A stretch of 64,000 nt of DNA, taken from NCBI GenBank assembly GCA_963844815.1, contig CAWJPR010000009.1:815130-879129 (forward strand). The letters run 5' to 3'. Positions 53,030 through 62,896 of the stretch are shown one piece after another (position 1 is the stretch's first letter; each line of letters starts with the position of its first letter). A program made the translations under genes and the position numbers. This DNA comes from an uncultured Chloroflexia bacterium. Lineage in GTDB: Bacteria > Chloroflexota > Anaerolineae > Fen-1058. The notes beneath the pieces are model-generated. The model made no database searches and was not told the DNA's origin. It saw only the letters and a list, made by a program, of their open reading frames with translations.

Positions 53030-53413
53030 TCAGCCATCGATAATCTCATCAGAAGCGCTGGAGCGGGTCTGATCAGAATCGTGTGGCTGGCCGCCAGTCA
53101 CAGTCCATCCCCCACCCGGCGGCCGGCCTTCGATCTCGGCGCGGATGCGCTCGACGATGTCTTTGGGCGACATGGCGATGAAGAGTTTGGTTGCCAGCAG
53201 GAAAATCGCTATGTCGTCGAGTTGGCCCAGGCCCAGCAACACGTCCGGCACCAGATCGATGGGAGACAGGATGTACAGGACCGTCAGAATGGGCACGAGC
53301 TTGGCACTAAAGGGCACCCGGCCGTCCCACATCAGCTGCCAGGCGACTCGAAATGAGTTGAAGAGATTCAACCAAAAACCGGGTGAATTGCGGTCGGAAT
53401 TGTCGGTTGTCAT
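53030..53413 (-). CDS. YkvA/DUF1232-family membrane protein
   Basis: GGAGG RBS; DGRVP..AK, YILSPIDLVPD..GLGQLDD. Confidence 0.9.
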   Translation of the reverse strand: MTTDNSDRNSPGFWLNLFNSFRVAWQLMWDGRVPFSAKLVPILTVLYILSPIDLVPDVLLGLGQLDDIAIFLLATKLFIAMSPKDIVERIRAEIEGRPPGGGWTVTGGQPHDSDQTRSSASDEIIDG

Positions 53414-53610
53414 GCTTAACCTCCTTGGTGCACTGATCGCATTATACTCGAAAAACCCCTGAATGTTCTTGACATCTATCTCCCAACAATAGTCCAATAC
53501 CGTCCGTGCGATCTTGGTGTATTTGTGTGAAATCTGACCTTTACTCTCCTAAAGCAGCACGCCCCGGTCGATTGGCCAGGGCGTGGTGTTCAGATAAGAT
53601 GTCTTGAATG

Positions 53611-56600
53611 TCAGGGCGCTACTTTCAGCTCGGCCAGCTGCTTGTCCACCCGCCGCAGATCCACCGCCGCTCCCAATTGTTCCAGCATTGTCCGGCTGGT
53701 TTCCAAATCTTGCCGGGCCTCATCGGGGTGGTTCTGTTTCAGCGACACACGAGCACGCCAGTACAGAGCGCGGGCGGCTTCAATGGCGTGGCGGCCTTCC
53801 TGTAAAATGGTGACCGCGCGATCCAGATGGTGATAAGCATCCGCCACATCGCGCCTGGCCAGACTGATGCGGCCCATCAGCACTTCGTAGTTGCCCCATT
53901 CCGGCGAGCTGCCCTGTTCAGTGCGCGTCGCCTCGCGCAGCAGGTCCAGATTGCGTTTAGCCCAGTGCAGGGCGACCTCAATCTGACCCTGCTCCAGCGC
54001 CAGCACGCCTTGCAGATAATAGGCATCTTTCAATTTGAAGTTCTCGCCAGCACCCGCTCCTGCGTAGAGACTCACCGCCGCGTTCAAATGCTGCGCGCTG
54101 TCCGGCCAGCGCTCCTGGAAGAGATAGAGCCACCCCAAATTCATGTGTGAGTTTGCCAGCTCATAGGGATGCGCGATCCGCTGCGCAATCGCCAGACTGC
54201 GCTGCAGCACGGCCTCCGCCTGCGCCCACTCACCTCGATCGGTATAGAGCCGGCCCAGGTTTGTTCCAGCCTGCACCAGACCTTCGGCATCGCCGATGCT
54301 TTCGTGCATCTCGACCGCTCGCTGATAGTCGGACTGCGCGCCATCCCAGTCGCCACTGGCACACTTAAGAATGCCCAGGTTATTCAGCGAGCGGGCGTAG
54401 CCGACCACGTCCCCCAACCGTTCGCGGAGCGTCAGGGCCTGTCCCACGTAAAAGACCGCTTCCGTCCATTGGCCGCGATTGTAATAGACTGCACCCAGCC
54501 GATTCAACACGGAAGACTGAACGCCATAATACGGCGTCTTATTGACCGCAGCCAGGCCCTGCTCCAACCATTGCTGGGCGGCCGTCAAATCCCCGCGTCG
54601 CAAGTTCAGCCAACCCAGCTCAGAATACACCTGCCCGCGCAGCTCAGGCACCGTGCCGCGCACTTTGTCCAATTGCTTCAGAGCCTGCTGCAGCCAATTG
54701 TCAGCCTCATGCAGATCGCCGCGCTTATCCCAGACCTGGCCCAGCTTCAACATGACCCAGGCGCGATCTTCTGCCGTCGCACCGGTCCACTCTTCCAGCA
54801 TCGCTTGATAGAAAGCGTCCGCTTCCTCGTACTCGCCAATGAGCTGTTCCACATCTCCCAGGCCAATGGCCGCGTGCCAGCGCGCCGATTCATGACCGCT
54901 CAGGTGCTGCGCCAGCTGCAGGGCGCGGCTGTAGTGCTCGATCGCCTCATGGTTGGCAAGACGGGCCTTGGCGCGATTGCCCGCCAGCACGGAATACAAC
55001 ATCGCGCGGTCGCGCACACGGGCCCGATCGTAATGGATCGCCAATGCCTCAGCCTGATTCATCGCGTCTTCCGAGTACAGGAACTCGATGCTCTCGGCAA
55101 CCGTGCGATGCAGGCTCGGCCGTTGACTGTGCAACAGGCTGTTGTAGATGGTTTCCTGCGTCAGAACGTGCGCAAAGGCATAAGTCGGCTCGTTGGCCGC
55201 CGGGCGAGAGGTCAGCATGCCCGACTCCACCAGGCGCTCCAGCATGGGCGCCACCGCCGTGGTGCCGTGCAGCCGCCGTTCCACTTCCTCCAACAGGCGC
55301 GCTGGAAACTCCAGGCCGATCACGGAAGCGTCTCGCAAGACCTGTTGCAGATCCTTGGGCAGCCGATCAAAGCGCGCGAGCATCAATCCGCCCAGGCTGG
55401 TGGGCACATCGACTGTCCGCAATTCCAGCGTGGAAGCAACGCGCCACTTGTCGTCGCCGGGTTTCAGCGCATCCTTTTCGATCAGCATCCGCACGAATTC
55501 TTCGATGTAGAAAGGATTGCCTTCGGCGCGCGCCAGAATGGTGCCGACGATGTGTTCGGGCAGATCGCCCGGTTTCACCAGATCGTTCAACAGGGCGCGG
55601 CTGTGCGCGGCAGACAACGGCTTCAGATCGATGTCGAGGCGCACCGGCGCCTCCAGCGGCCGCTGGCCCGAACCCAAGTCGAGGCGCAGGGGACGTTTGG
55701 GCGTGGGGCGGGTCATGACACACAACAGCAGCGGCGCTTCTTCGATGACGCCGATCACGGCCTGCAGCAGCTCGCGCGTCAGATCATCGGCCCAATGAAA
55801 ATCGTCCATGACGACAATGAGCGGCTGTTGACGGGCCTCGTTGACCAGCCACTCGCGCACCGCCAGGGCCGACAACTGCTTCACGCGCTCCGGCTCCAGG
55901 TTACGCAACGCCAGGTTCTCGCGCGAAGTCAGCGGCAGCCCCGCCACCTGCCGCAAGAAGGGACGCAAGGCCGGGGTGACATGCGCCTCCCATGCTTCAG
56001 GCTCTTTCTTCAGCCGCAGCGCATCTTCCACCAGCGAACGGAACGGCGCATAGCCGACACTCTCGAAGTGAGGCAGCCCGCGCCCGCGCCAGACGGTCGC
56101 CGCCGCCGGAAGCGGCGCAGACAGCCACTCTTGCACCAGGCGCGACTTGCCCAGGCCCGCCTCGCCTTGAACGACGATCAGGCGGCCACACCGATCGCCG
56201 AGGAAAGCCGACAGCATTTGCTGCAGATGTTCCAGCTCGTCGTCGCGGCCCAGCAGCGTCGTGGTGAGACCGGCAATGCCGCGCGCCGGCAGCGGCTCGG
56301 CGCGATCGCTCACCACTTCATACGCCGGAATCGGTTGGTCAAAGCCCTTAATGTGCGTGTTGCCCGAAGTCTGAAAATCAAACAGCGCCCGCGTTTGCTG
56401 GTAGACCTGCGAGCTGACGAGGATGCCGCCCGGCCGGGCCGCCGACTGGAGGCGCGCGGCCAGGTTGACTGTTTCGCCAATCACCGTGTAAGCAGCCTGC
56501 TGCTCGGTGTCGATGATGCCCGCCACGGCCGGACCGCTGTGGATGCCGATGCGGATTTGCAGCGGCGCGCCGACCTGCGCGCGCGCCACCGGCTCAAACT

Positions 56601-57048
56601 CGGCGGCGGCGCGCTGCATATCCAGCGCGGCGCGCACCGCCAGTTCGGCATCGTTTTCGTGTGCGATCGGGGCGCCGAACACCGCCATCAGGCCGTCGCC
56701 CACAAACTTATCGACCATGCCGTCGTAGCGGTGAATGCACTCGACCATGCGGCGGAATAAGCCGTTGATCAAGTTAAAGACCGCTTCAGCGTCCAGGGAT
56801 ACCGAGAGTTCGGTGAAGTTGACAACGTCGGCAAACAGGATGCTGGTCACGCGCCGCTCGCCGCGCAAACGTTCCTGATCAGACAGCACACCGTCCGCCA
56901 CCACCGCCGGCACATAGCGGCGCAGCCGGCTGATGGCAGCTTGCGCCGCGACGAGCTGCGCCGCGGCATCCGGGCTGAGCGCCGCGTTGCAGCGCGCGCA
57001 CTGGCCGGCCGTCACTTCGTTGTCAAATCCACATTGAGGACAGAGCAT
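53611..57048 (-). CDS. Zinc ribbon + class III nucleotidyl cyclase + STAND ATPase + TPR protein
   Basis: CPQC..CARC; FADVVNFT, DKFVGDG, GETVNLAARLQ; GEAGLGKS, MDDFHWAD, EGNPFYIEE; TPRs (SLNNLG, TNLG). Confidence 0.93.
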   Translation of the reverse strand: MLCPQCGFDNEVTAGQCARCNAALSPDAAAQLVAAQAAISRLRRYVPAVVADGVLSDQERLRGERRVTSILFADVVNFTELSVSLDAEAVFNLINGLFRRMVECIHRYDGMVDKFVGDGLMAVFGAPIAHENDAELAVRAALDMQRAAAEFEPVARAQVGAPLQIRIGIHSGPAVAGIIDTEQQAAYTVIGETVNLAARLQSAARPGGILVSSQVYQQTRALFDFQTSGNTHIKGFDQPIPAYEVVSDRAEPLPARGIAGLTTTLLGRDDELEHLQQMLSAFLGDRCGRLIVVQGEAGLGKSRLVQEWLSAPLPAAATVWRGRGLPHFESVGYAPFRSLVEDALRLKKEPEAWEAHVTPALRPFLRQVAGLPLTSRENLALRNLEPERVKQLSALAVREWLVNEARQQPLIVVMDDFHWADDLTRELLQAVIGVIEEAPLLLCVMTRPTPKRPLRLDLGSGQRPLEAPVRLDIDLKPLSAAHSRALLNDLVKPGDLPEHIVGTILARAEGNPFYIEEFVRMLIEKDALKPGDDKWRVASTLELRTVDVPTSLGGLMLARFDRLPKDLQQVLRDASVIGLEFPARLLEEVERRLHGTTAVAPMLERLVESGMLTSRPAANEPTYAFAHVLTQETIYNSLLHSQRPSLHRTVAESIEFLYSEDAMNQAEALAIHYDRARVRDRAMLYSVLAGNRAKARLANHEAIEHYSRALQLAQHLSGHESARWHAAIGLGDVEQLIGEYEEADAFYQAMLEEWTGATAEDRAWVMLKLGQVWDKRGDLHEADNWLQQALKQLDKVRGTVPELRGQVYSELGWLNLRRGDLTAAQQWLEQGLAAVNKTPYYGVQSSVLNRLGAVYYNRGQWTEAVFYVGQALTLRERLGDVVGYARSLNNLGILKCASGDWDGAQSDYQRAVEMHESIGDAEGLVQAGTNLGRLYTDRGEWAQAEAVLQRSLAIAQRIAHPYELANSHMNLGWLYLFQERWPDSAQHLNAAVSLYAGAGAGENFKLKDAYYLQGVLALEQGQIEVALHWAKRNLDLLREATRTEQGSSPEWGNYEVLMGRISLARRDVADAYHHLDRAVTILQEGRHAIEAARALYWRARVSLKQNHPDEARQDLETSRTMLEQLGAAVDLRRVDKQLAELKVAP

Positions 57049-57232
57049 GGGGTGTCCGTTGGCCCGGAATAGGTCTGGTTGATCCCCTGTTGAGCGACAG
57101 GATGCGTCAAGTTTACCACTTTTTTGGCAAAAGGGCATAACAATTTGGTTACCGTGCGTTACAATTTTGGCAGTGGCGCAATTTCCAGAAACGCGTTATA
57201 AATCGACATTCCCGCAGCACGAACAGGAACCC

Positions 57233-58361
57233 ATGCTAACCGTCGAGCAAGTTAACCTTCAGAGCAAGCATCACGTCCGTCGTTTCGTCGACATCCCTTA
57301 TCGCCTCTATCAGAATTATCCGCAGTGGGTCCCGCCGCTGCGCACGGACGTGGAGTTGATGCTGAACAAACATAAACATCCGTTCTACGAGCACTCCGAC
57401 GCCGATTTCTTCATCGCCGTGCGAGACGGCCGCGACGTGGGGCGCATCGCCGTGCTGGTCAACACCCGCTTCAACGCCTATCACCAGACCCGGCAAGCGC
57501 AGTTCTACTTGTTCGAATGTGAAGAGGATCAAGCAGCGGCCGGCGCCCTGCTCGAACAGGCCTTTGCCTGGGCGCGCGCCCGGGGGTTGAACAAACTCAT
57601 CGGCCCCAAGGGTTTCGGCGCGCTCGACGGGTATGGCCTGCTGGTCGAGGGTTTTGAGCACCGGCAGATGATGACCATGATGAACTACAACTATCCCTAC
57701 TATCCGCGCCTGCTGGAAAGCCTGGGATTTCACAAGGAAGTCGATTTCATTTCGTGCTATCTGAGCGCCGAGGCGTTCAATCTGCCCGACCGGGTGCACA
57801 GCATTGCCGACCGGGTGCAGCGGCGCGGCACGCTGCAGGTAAAAGCCTTCAAGGACAAGCAGGAACTCAGGGACTGGGCCGATCGCATCGGCCAGGCGTA
57901 CAACGCCGCCTTCGTCAACAACTGGGAATACTATCCGCTGACGGAACGCGAGATCAAGTTCATTCTCGACAACCTCCTCGTCATTGCCGATCCGAAATTG
58001 ATCAAGATCATCATCCACGAAGATCAGGTGGTGGGTTTCCTGTTTGGCTTTCACGACGTGTCGGCAGGCTTGCAGCGCGCCCGGGGGCATTTGTTTCCGT
58101 TTGGCCTGCTGCGCATCCTGTGGGAGTTGCGCCGCACCACGTGGGTGGCCTTAAACGGCGCGGGGATTCTGCCGGAGTTTCAAGGCCGCGGCGGCAATGC
58201 GCTGCTGTATGCCGAGATGGAGCGGACCGTCAAGGACTTTGGCTTCGAGCACGCCGATCTCACGCAGGTGGCGGATACCGCCGTGCAGATGCGCAGCGAT
58301 CTGGTGAACCTGGGCGGCAAGCTCTACAAGACGCATCGCGTCTATGTGAGGGAGTCTGTAA
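57233..58361 (+). CDS. YghO-like double-GNAT protein; end inferred by removing one extra G near 58350 (ORF otherwise reads to 58510)
   Basis: FVDIPYRLY..WVPPL, HPFYEH, DVGRIA, YNYPYY..LLESLGF.K, YNAAF..NW, ILPEFQGRG. Confidence 0.8.
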
Positions 58362-58416
58362 AACGGAGAGTGAACGGCATATGTGGGCATGGGATGATCA
58401 CCGCCCGCCGTGATCA

Positions 58417-59181
58417 TCAGCAAGCCTCCTGCAGGAATTCCCGCGCCAACTGCGTGCACGCCTCGCGCGTCTCGCGCTGGTCGTGCAGCGAGTGGCCGCC
58501 GTCGGGATAGATCACCAGGCGGGCGCGGGGGATGCGCCGCGCGAGCTCTTCCATCTCCGAAACGGGCGTATGCTCGTCGTGCGCGCCGTGCAGGATCAAG
58601 ACCGGGCAGCGGATCTCGGCCAGGCGCTGGCGGTACAAATCCCCATCGCGCTGATACAACTCAAGCCACGCGCCGGCCCAATTGCGAATGACCTGCGGCC
58701 AGTAGGCGGCGCCGTGATAGCGCGCCAATTTCACCCGCGCGGCTTCGGGCAGCCGCCCGGGATCGGCGTACACCTGCTGCATTTGAAGTTCCGATTCCGT
58801 CTTGCGATTGTAGAGATGCCCGCCTTCAAAGACGAGGGCGCGCACGCGATCGGGCGCGAGGATCGCCAGGATGGCGCCGATAATGGCGCCATCGCTGTGC
58901 CCCCATACCCGCGCCCGTTCGACCGGCAGCGCGTCCAGGAGCTGCGCCAGATCGCCGGCATGCTGCCAGTGGAAGCCGGCAGTGAAGCCATGGACGCGTG
59001 TTGATCGACCGTAGCCGCGCCGATCGGGTACGATCAGGCGGAAGTCGCGCGCCAGCGTCTTCTCCTGAAAGTGAAAACCGTTGACGCCCAGCCCCCAGCC
59101 GCCGTGAATCAGCAGCAGCGGCTCGCCGTGACCGTGCGCGGTGTAATGCAGCGTGATGTCGTTCACGGTAACTTGAGGCAT
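58417..59181 (-). CDS. Alpha/beta hydrolase
   Basis: LLIHGG, DRRGYGRS, GHSDG, GAHD, GHSLH. Confidence 0.9.
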   Translation of the reverse strand: MPQVTVNDITLHYTAHGHGEPLLLIHGGWGLGVNGFHFQEKTLARDFRLIVPDRRGYGRSTRVHGFTAGFHWQHAGDLAQLLDALPVERARVWGHSDGAIIGAILAILAPDRVRALVFEGGHLYNRKTESELQMQQVYADPGRLPEAARVKLARYHGAAYWPQVIRNWAGAWLELYQRDGDLYRQRLAEIRCPVLILHGAHDEHTPVSEMEELARRIPRARLVIYPDGGHSLHDQRETREACTQLAREFLQEAC

Positions 59182-59193
59182 GGCCCAACGCTG

Positions 59194-60369
59194 CTACGCC
59201 ATGGCTTGTTGATACGCAGCCTGCGCGGCCGCCACGCCTGCGCCGGCCGTGAAGGCGTAGCCGCACTGCTGCAGCGCCGTCTCGACGGCGCCGATGGTCG
59301 CCAGCACGTCGCCGCTGGTGGCCGGCCCCATGTGCCCGATGCGAAAATACTCGGCTCTGATCGCGGGATGCAGGCCGCCGGCCAGGGTGGCCCCGGCCTT
59401 CTGAACCTTCGGCAGCAGATCGGCTGGCGTGACACCCCTGGGATAACGCGGCGCGCTCAAGGTGTGCGCGGCGAATTCTTCCTTCAGGGGCACTTGCTCC
59501 AACTCCAGCGCTTTCAGCGCGGCCTGCACCGCCGCCCCCAGTGCGAGATGCCGCTTGAAGCGCGCCGCGAGCCCTTCTTTCTGAATCTGATCCAGGCTCA
59601 CGTTGAGCGCGAAGACCAGATTCACGGCGGGCGTGCCGAAGTAAGCCGGCCGGCGCGCTTCGTACGCCTCCATGATCGGCAGCCAGTTCGCCCAATCGGA
59701 GTAGTAGCTCAGCACGGGCGTCTTGCGCCGCTTGAAGGCTTGCAGGGCGCGCGGACTCGCCACCACGAGCGCCAACCCCGGCGGCACGCTGATCGCTTTT
59801 TGCGAGGCGGTTAAGGCCACGTCCACGCCCCATTCGCTCATGCGCAGTTCTTCACCGGCCACGGAGCACACGCCATCGACGATACTCAACGCGCCGTATT
59901 GCTGTGCCAGCCCGGCCAGCGCCTTGACATCGGCGATGACGGCCGTCGAGGTATCGACATGGGTGATCGTCAGCACCTTGAAGTGATCCTGCTGCAGCGC
60001 GGCTTCCACTTCCTCGATCGCGGGCCGCCCCCCGACAGGTGCTGTGACGTGTGTCACCTGCGCGCCGTAGCGTTCCAGAATCGCCGCCAGGCGATCGCTG
60101 AAGAAGCCGGTGTTGACCACCAGCGCCCTGTCACCCGGCTCGATCACATTCGCCACCGCCGTGTCCATCGCCAGCGTGCCCGACCCGGCCAGCACGAACG
60201 GCTGACCATCGTCGGAGAGAAAAACCTGGCGCGTCTTTTCCAACGCCTGCCCAAACGCTTCGATGAAGTCGGGCGCGAGATGGCTCGTCGTCGGCGCACC
60301 CAACGCCGCCAGCACCGCCGGCTCAAACTCGATCGGTCCGGGGATCATCAACAGGGTTCGATCTTTCAT
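59194..60369 (-). CDS. Class V aminotransferase (alanine-glyoxylate/serine-pyruvate type)
   Basis: LMIPGP, GSGTLAM, HVDTST, VDGVCS, ASQKAISVPPG, FRIGHMG. Confidence 0.92.
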   Translation of the reverse strand: MKDRTLLMIPGPIEFEPAVLAALGAPTTSHLAPDFIEAFGQALEKTRQVFLSDDGQPFVLAGSGTLAMDTAVANVIEPGDRALVVNTGFFSDRLAAILERYGAQVTHVTAPVGGRPAIEEVEAALQQDHFKVLTITHVDTSTAVIADVKALAGLAQQYGALSIVDGVCSVAGEELRMSEWGVDVALTASQKAISVPPGLALVVASPRALQAFKRRKTPVLSYYSDWANWLPIMEAYEARRPAYFGTPAVNLVFALNVSLDQIQKEGLAARFKRHLALGAAVQAALKALELEQVPLKEEFAAHTLSAPRYPRGVTPADLLPKVQKAGATLAGGLHPAIRAEYFRIGHMGPATSGDVLATIGAVETALQQCGYAFTAGAGVAAAQAAYQQAMA

Positions 60370-60551
60370 GGAGGAATCCTCTCTTCGCTTCACCCGGCCC
60401 CACTCGGCCTTCTCCCTGATGAACTTTGACAACCAAAGCCGGTAATGTCCGCTCCCTGGAGTGGAGGCTTTAGCCGGTGAAGTTTGCAGAATAGGGCGCA
60501 GGTGAGGTTATTGCGGGCAGTGTGCCGAAGATTGTGTAGTTTCCCCGCAGT

Positions 60552-60656
60552 TAGAGCGAATTCCAGTTTGGTTTACGGCCTCTGGAGTCGAGCCTTTAGG
60601 CGGTTTCCGGCTAAAGCCTCGAATCCAGATCGTATATCAACTTGGAATCTGCTCTA
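60552..60656. mobile_element. TA-flanked MITE-like element containing a REP-like doublet
   Basis: Imperfect terminal inverted repeats tagagcgaattcca / tggaatctgctcta; internal ctggagtcgagcctttag..ctaaagcctcgaatccag. Confidence 0.6.
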
Positions 60657-60698
60657 AACTGCGGGCGAACGAATTTACACAAGATTTGGCATGCCGCC

Positions 60699-61100
60699 TT
60701 ATTGCGGCCGCTTGAAGTACGCTTGCAGGCGATCCATCGTGCCATACAGCGGCTCGCTCTTCACCACGTTGATCAACTCCCAGCCGTCTCCACCGAGTTG
60801 ATCGAGCACATCGTGCAGCTGCGGGCCGCGCTGCCAGTTTTCCATTTCGCGCCCGTTGACGAAGCGCGCGTGCCAGCCGTTCTGCTCGTGAAACGATACG
60901 ATCAGATATTCCCAGCTGGTCTGGCGGGCCGCAGACGCGCGCGGCGCTCGTTCCGCGCGCGCGATTGGCGGCGGCGCGGCGGGTGCGACCTGCGCAGCCG
61001 GCGGCGCCGTAACCGGTGGAGGCGCAGAAGGTTGGCCGGGCGGAGTCGCACCGCTCAAAATGGCGCCAAGAATATCAGGGGTTTGCTTGCGTTCCGTCAT
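60699..61100 (-). CDS. Small protein with C-terminal DUF4177-like domain; parA partner
   Basis: Basic N-terminus, Pro/Ala linker, WEYLIV..LDQLGGDGWELINV..YFKRP; overlaps the parA stop. Confidence 0.8.
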   Translation of the reverse strand: MTERKQTPDILGAILSGATPPGQPSAPPPVTAPPAAQVAPAAPPPIARAERAPRASAARQTSWEYLIVSFHEQNGWHARFVNGREMENWQRGPQLHDVLDQLGGDGWELINVVKSEPLYGTMDRLQAYFKRPQ

Positions 61101-61839
61101 CGTGCTTGATCCTTTCTACCAGCGCGGCATAGTCTTCTGCGCCGATGGAGGCGGGCGCATACTCGTAGATCGTCTGCCCGTAACCGGGCGCTTCGGACAA
61201 ACGCACGTTGTAGCGAATGGGCGAACACACCTGCGCGGGATAGTACGCCTGCAATTGCGTGAATATCTCTGCGGACTTCTTCACGCGCCGGTCGTAGAAC
61301 GTGGGCACGACGTAGCGCAATTGCAGATCGGTGTGATAGCGTTGAATGGACGCGAGGTTCTGCGCAAAGTCCGACAGCCCTTGCAGCGTCATTACCTCCA
61401 GTGAGGCCGGCGAGAGCACTTCGCGCGCGTAGAACAGCACATTCACCGACAGCGCATCCCAGCCCGGCGCCGAGTCGAGGATCACGTAATCATACTGATC
61501 GTCCAGCGGGGCCAGCGCTTCGCTCAAGGTGCGCTCCGCGCCGAATTCCTTGCGCGTGATCAACATCTTCAAGCCGGCCAGCGACTTGCCGCCGCCCAGC
61601 AGCCACAAGCGATCGCGCGCGGAGGTGATGGCCTGATCGGGCGTGGCGCTGCCCGTGGCGAGCTCGGCTAACCCGATCGAGGGCGCGCAGCCCAGCATTC
61701 TTCCGGCCTGCCCCTGCGCGTCGACGTCGATCAGCAGCACGCGTTGGCCCGCCACTGCCAGCCCGGCGGCCAGGTTGACCGCCGTGGTCGTCTTGCCGAC
61801 TCCACCCTTTGTAAGCGCTACGGCGATTTTCCGCATCAT
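61075..61839 (-). CDS. parA: ParA/Soj-family ATPase (no adjacent parB)
   Basis: KGGVGKTT deviant Walker A, IDVDAQG, YVILDSAP, IRYNVRLSEAPGYG. Confidence 0.9.
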   Translation of the reverse strand: MMRKIAVALTKGGVGKTTTAVNLAAGLAVAGQRVLLIDVDAQGQAGRMLGCAPSIGLAELATGSATPDQAITSARDRLWLLGGGKSLAGLKMLITRKEFGAERTLSEALAPLDDQYDYVILDSAPGWDALSVNVLFYAREVLSPASLEVMTLQGLSDFAQNLASIQRYHTDLQLRYVVPTFYDRRVKKSAEIFTQLQAYYPAQVCSPIRYNVRLSEAPGYGQTIYEYAPASIGAEDYAALVERIKHDDGTQANP

Positions 61840-61865
61840 GGTGTCCTTGCCTATCGTTTCCTGGT

Positions 61866-62353
61866 CTACCTGCAAAATACTCCCGCAGCGCTTCCGTATG
61901 CGTCGAGAACGCCAGCTCCTGCGGCGCAGCCAGCACACAGATTTCCTGCGTCTCCTCGTTCGGCGCAAACGGCGGCAAATCAGACGCGCGCAGGCGGTGC
62001 GCCAGCCCGAATACGATCAGCGTATTATAGCCCGGCGCGCTCTTCACGCAAAACTCGCGCAGGTCTTCCGGCGGGATCACGATGCCCGTTTCTTCCAGCA
62101 GCTCGCGCGCCCCGGCTTGCTGCCACGATTCGCCGCGATTGATGTAACCGCCCGGCAGCGCCAGCTGGCCAATTTGCGGCGCGATGTTGCGCCGCACGAC
62201 AAGCAGGCCATCGTCCACGGGCAGCAAGACAACGGAAACGGGCAAGGGATTCACGAACGAAGTATGGCCGCAGGCAGCACACAGGCGCGGCCAGGCCTGA
62301 TTGGCCTCAAACGGATGTCCGCAATACGAGCAATGCGAATGCTGAGTGAACAT
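61866..62353 (-). CDS. Zinc-ribbon NUDIX hydrolase; end inferred (ORF reads through to 61490)
   Basis: HCSYCG..CAACG, NPLPV, LPGGYINRGESWQQAGARELLEETG Nudix box. Confidence 0.85.
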
Positions 62354-62388
62354 GCGTGGCTCGCGCCTGGAGGATGAGTGCAAGTATA

Positions 62389-62500
62389 CAGCAATTCTCA
62401 ATATGGCAGCAGAGGCGGCTCCCACGCCGCCGATTTCGCGGGCGTGGGAGCCCGCGCGGCTAGTGTTGTCGCTCCGCGAATCTCAAAATGAGAATTGCTG
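62389..62500. mobile_element. 112-bp MITE, copy 1
   Basis: Perfect 12-bp TIR cagcaattctca/tgagaattgctg; 9-bp direct repeat gcaagtata on both sides; internal hairpin ggctcccacgcc/ggcgtgggagcc. Confidence 0.85.
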
Positions 62501-62597
62501 GCAAGTATAGGCGCAAGTGGGCGAAGAAGCAAATGATGAAAACCGTCGACTGCGCAACAAGGGGTGAGTTGCCTTACGACCTCACGCCCGCCCGGCG

Positions 62598-62749
62598 AGC
62601 AGGCCATCGTCCACGGGCAGCAAGACAACGGATACGGGCAAGGGATTCACGAACGAAGTATGGCCGCAGGCAGCACACAGGCGCGGCCAGGCCTGATTGG
62701 CCTCAAACGGATGTCCGCAATACGAGCAATGCGAATGCTGAGTGAACAT
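62598..62749 (-). pseudogene. Truncated duplicate of the NUDIX gene 5' end
   Basis: MFTQHSHCSYCG..PVDDGLL then diverges and stops before the Nudix box. Confidence 0.8.
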
Positions 62750-62784
62750 GCGTGGCTCGCGCCTGGAGGATGAGTGCAAGTATA

Positions 62785-62896
62785 CAGCAATTCTCAATAT
62801 AGCAGCAGAGGCGGCTCCCACGCCGCCGATTTCGCGGGCGTGGGAGCCCGCGCGGCTAGTGTTGTCGCTCCGCGAATCTCAAAATGAGAATTGCTG
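62785..62896. mobile_element. 112-bp MITE, copy 2 (carried by the duplication)
   Basis: Same TIRs and same gcaagtata flanks as copy 1. Confidence 0.85.

Noticed and set aside
54169-56760. Long antisense ORFs (also 28..969, 3774..5531, 25563..26792, 49793..52051)
   Set aside because: Shadows of well-supported genes on the opposite strand, expected at high GC, with no motifs of their own.
61490-62425. NUDIX extension overlapping parA, and similar overlaps at 5717-5816 and 58417-58510
   Set aside because: The extensions are non-protein-like and each has an out-of-frame stop near the expected end; likely lost stops from indels.
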